A DNA stretch of 35,104 nt. Origin: Candidatus Micrarchaeota archaeon (GTDB taxonomy: Archaea > Micrarchaeota > Micrarchaeia > Anstonellales > Bilamarchaeaceae). Positions 34,978-35,104 of this stretch are shown here, piece after piece. How positions within the stretch are numbered: position 1 is the stretch's first letter; every line of letters starts with the position of its first letter. A program made the translations under genes and the position numbers. The stretch spans positions 1-35,104 of the forward strand of contig JBFMEZ010000024.1 of NCBI GenBank assembly GCA_040753215.1, written 5' to 3'. Below the pieces are notes generated by a model. It had not been told where the DNA came from. It saw nothing but the letters and a program-made list of their open reading frames with translations, and ran no database searches.

Positions 34978-35104
34978 GTGAACCTCCACGGCCTAAAGGC
35001 CGTGGCTTCTTCGTAGATAAAGGGCAAATGTATTCCTGCTGCCTTTAGAGGAAGCCTCGGCTCTCCTCCCCGGCATAAATGCCGAGGCTTCCTCACACCT
35101 TGTA
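34978..35104 (-). mobile_element. Copy 2 of the miniature element (runs off the window)
   Basis: 127 visible nt match copy 1 apart from one substitution and one single-base indel. Confidence 0.92.

Noticed and set aside
1..35104. CRISPR array or cas genes
   Set aside because: No regularly spaced 23-47-nt repeats with unique spacers were seen; the only RuvC protein is a TnpB fragment with IS ends.
32529..35104. tRNA-anchored integrative island
   Set aside because: No integrase and no duplicated tRNA 3' end are visible in the window.

Overview
Gene-dense archaeal chromosome segment. A DPANN, probably Micrarchaeota-like, origin is inferred from the uL16/L10e, RFC, TrmB, class III signal-peptide and KaiC-type genes. 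Housekeeping genes include rpl10e, scpA/scpB, pyrC, valS, ileS, eno, intein-containing rfcS, tmk, tRNA-Glu(UUC) and a TtuA/Ncs6 thiolase. They are interspersed with hypothetical, pilin-like and toxin-antitoxin genes. The most notable signal is a layer of small structured elements that the ORF track does not show. (1) An IS200/IS605-derived miniature element family: a 204-nt copy splits a HEPN gene, a second copy sits at the window end, a truncated tnpB element shares the ends, and a diverged 132-nt copy with compensatory stem changes is read in frame as residues 4-48 of ScpA. (2) A 53-57-nt CAAACC..25 nt..GGTTTG inverted-repeat element, preceded by GAAACNG heptamers. It sits in frame just before the prepilin cleavage site of two unrelated pilin-like genes, with its core in opposite orientations, and a related copy lies in a small lipoprotein gene. 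All calls are by eye; no database searches were run.
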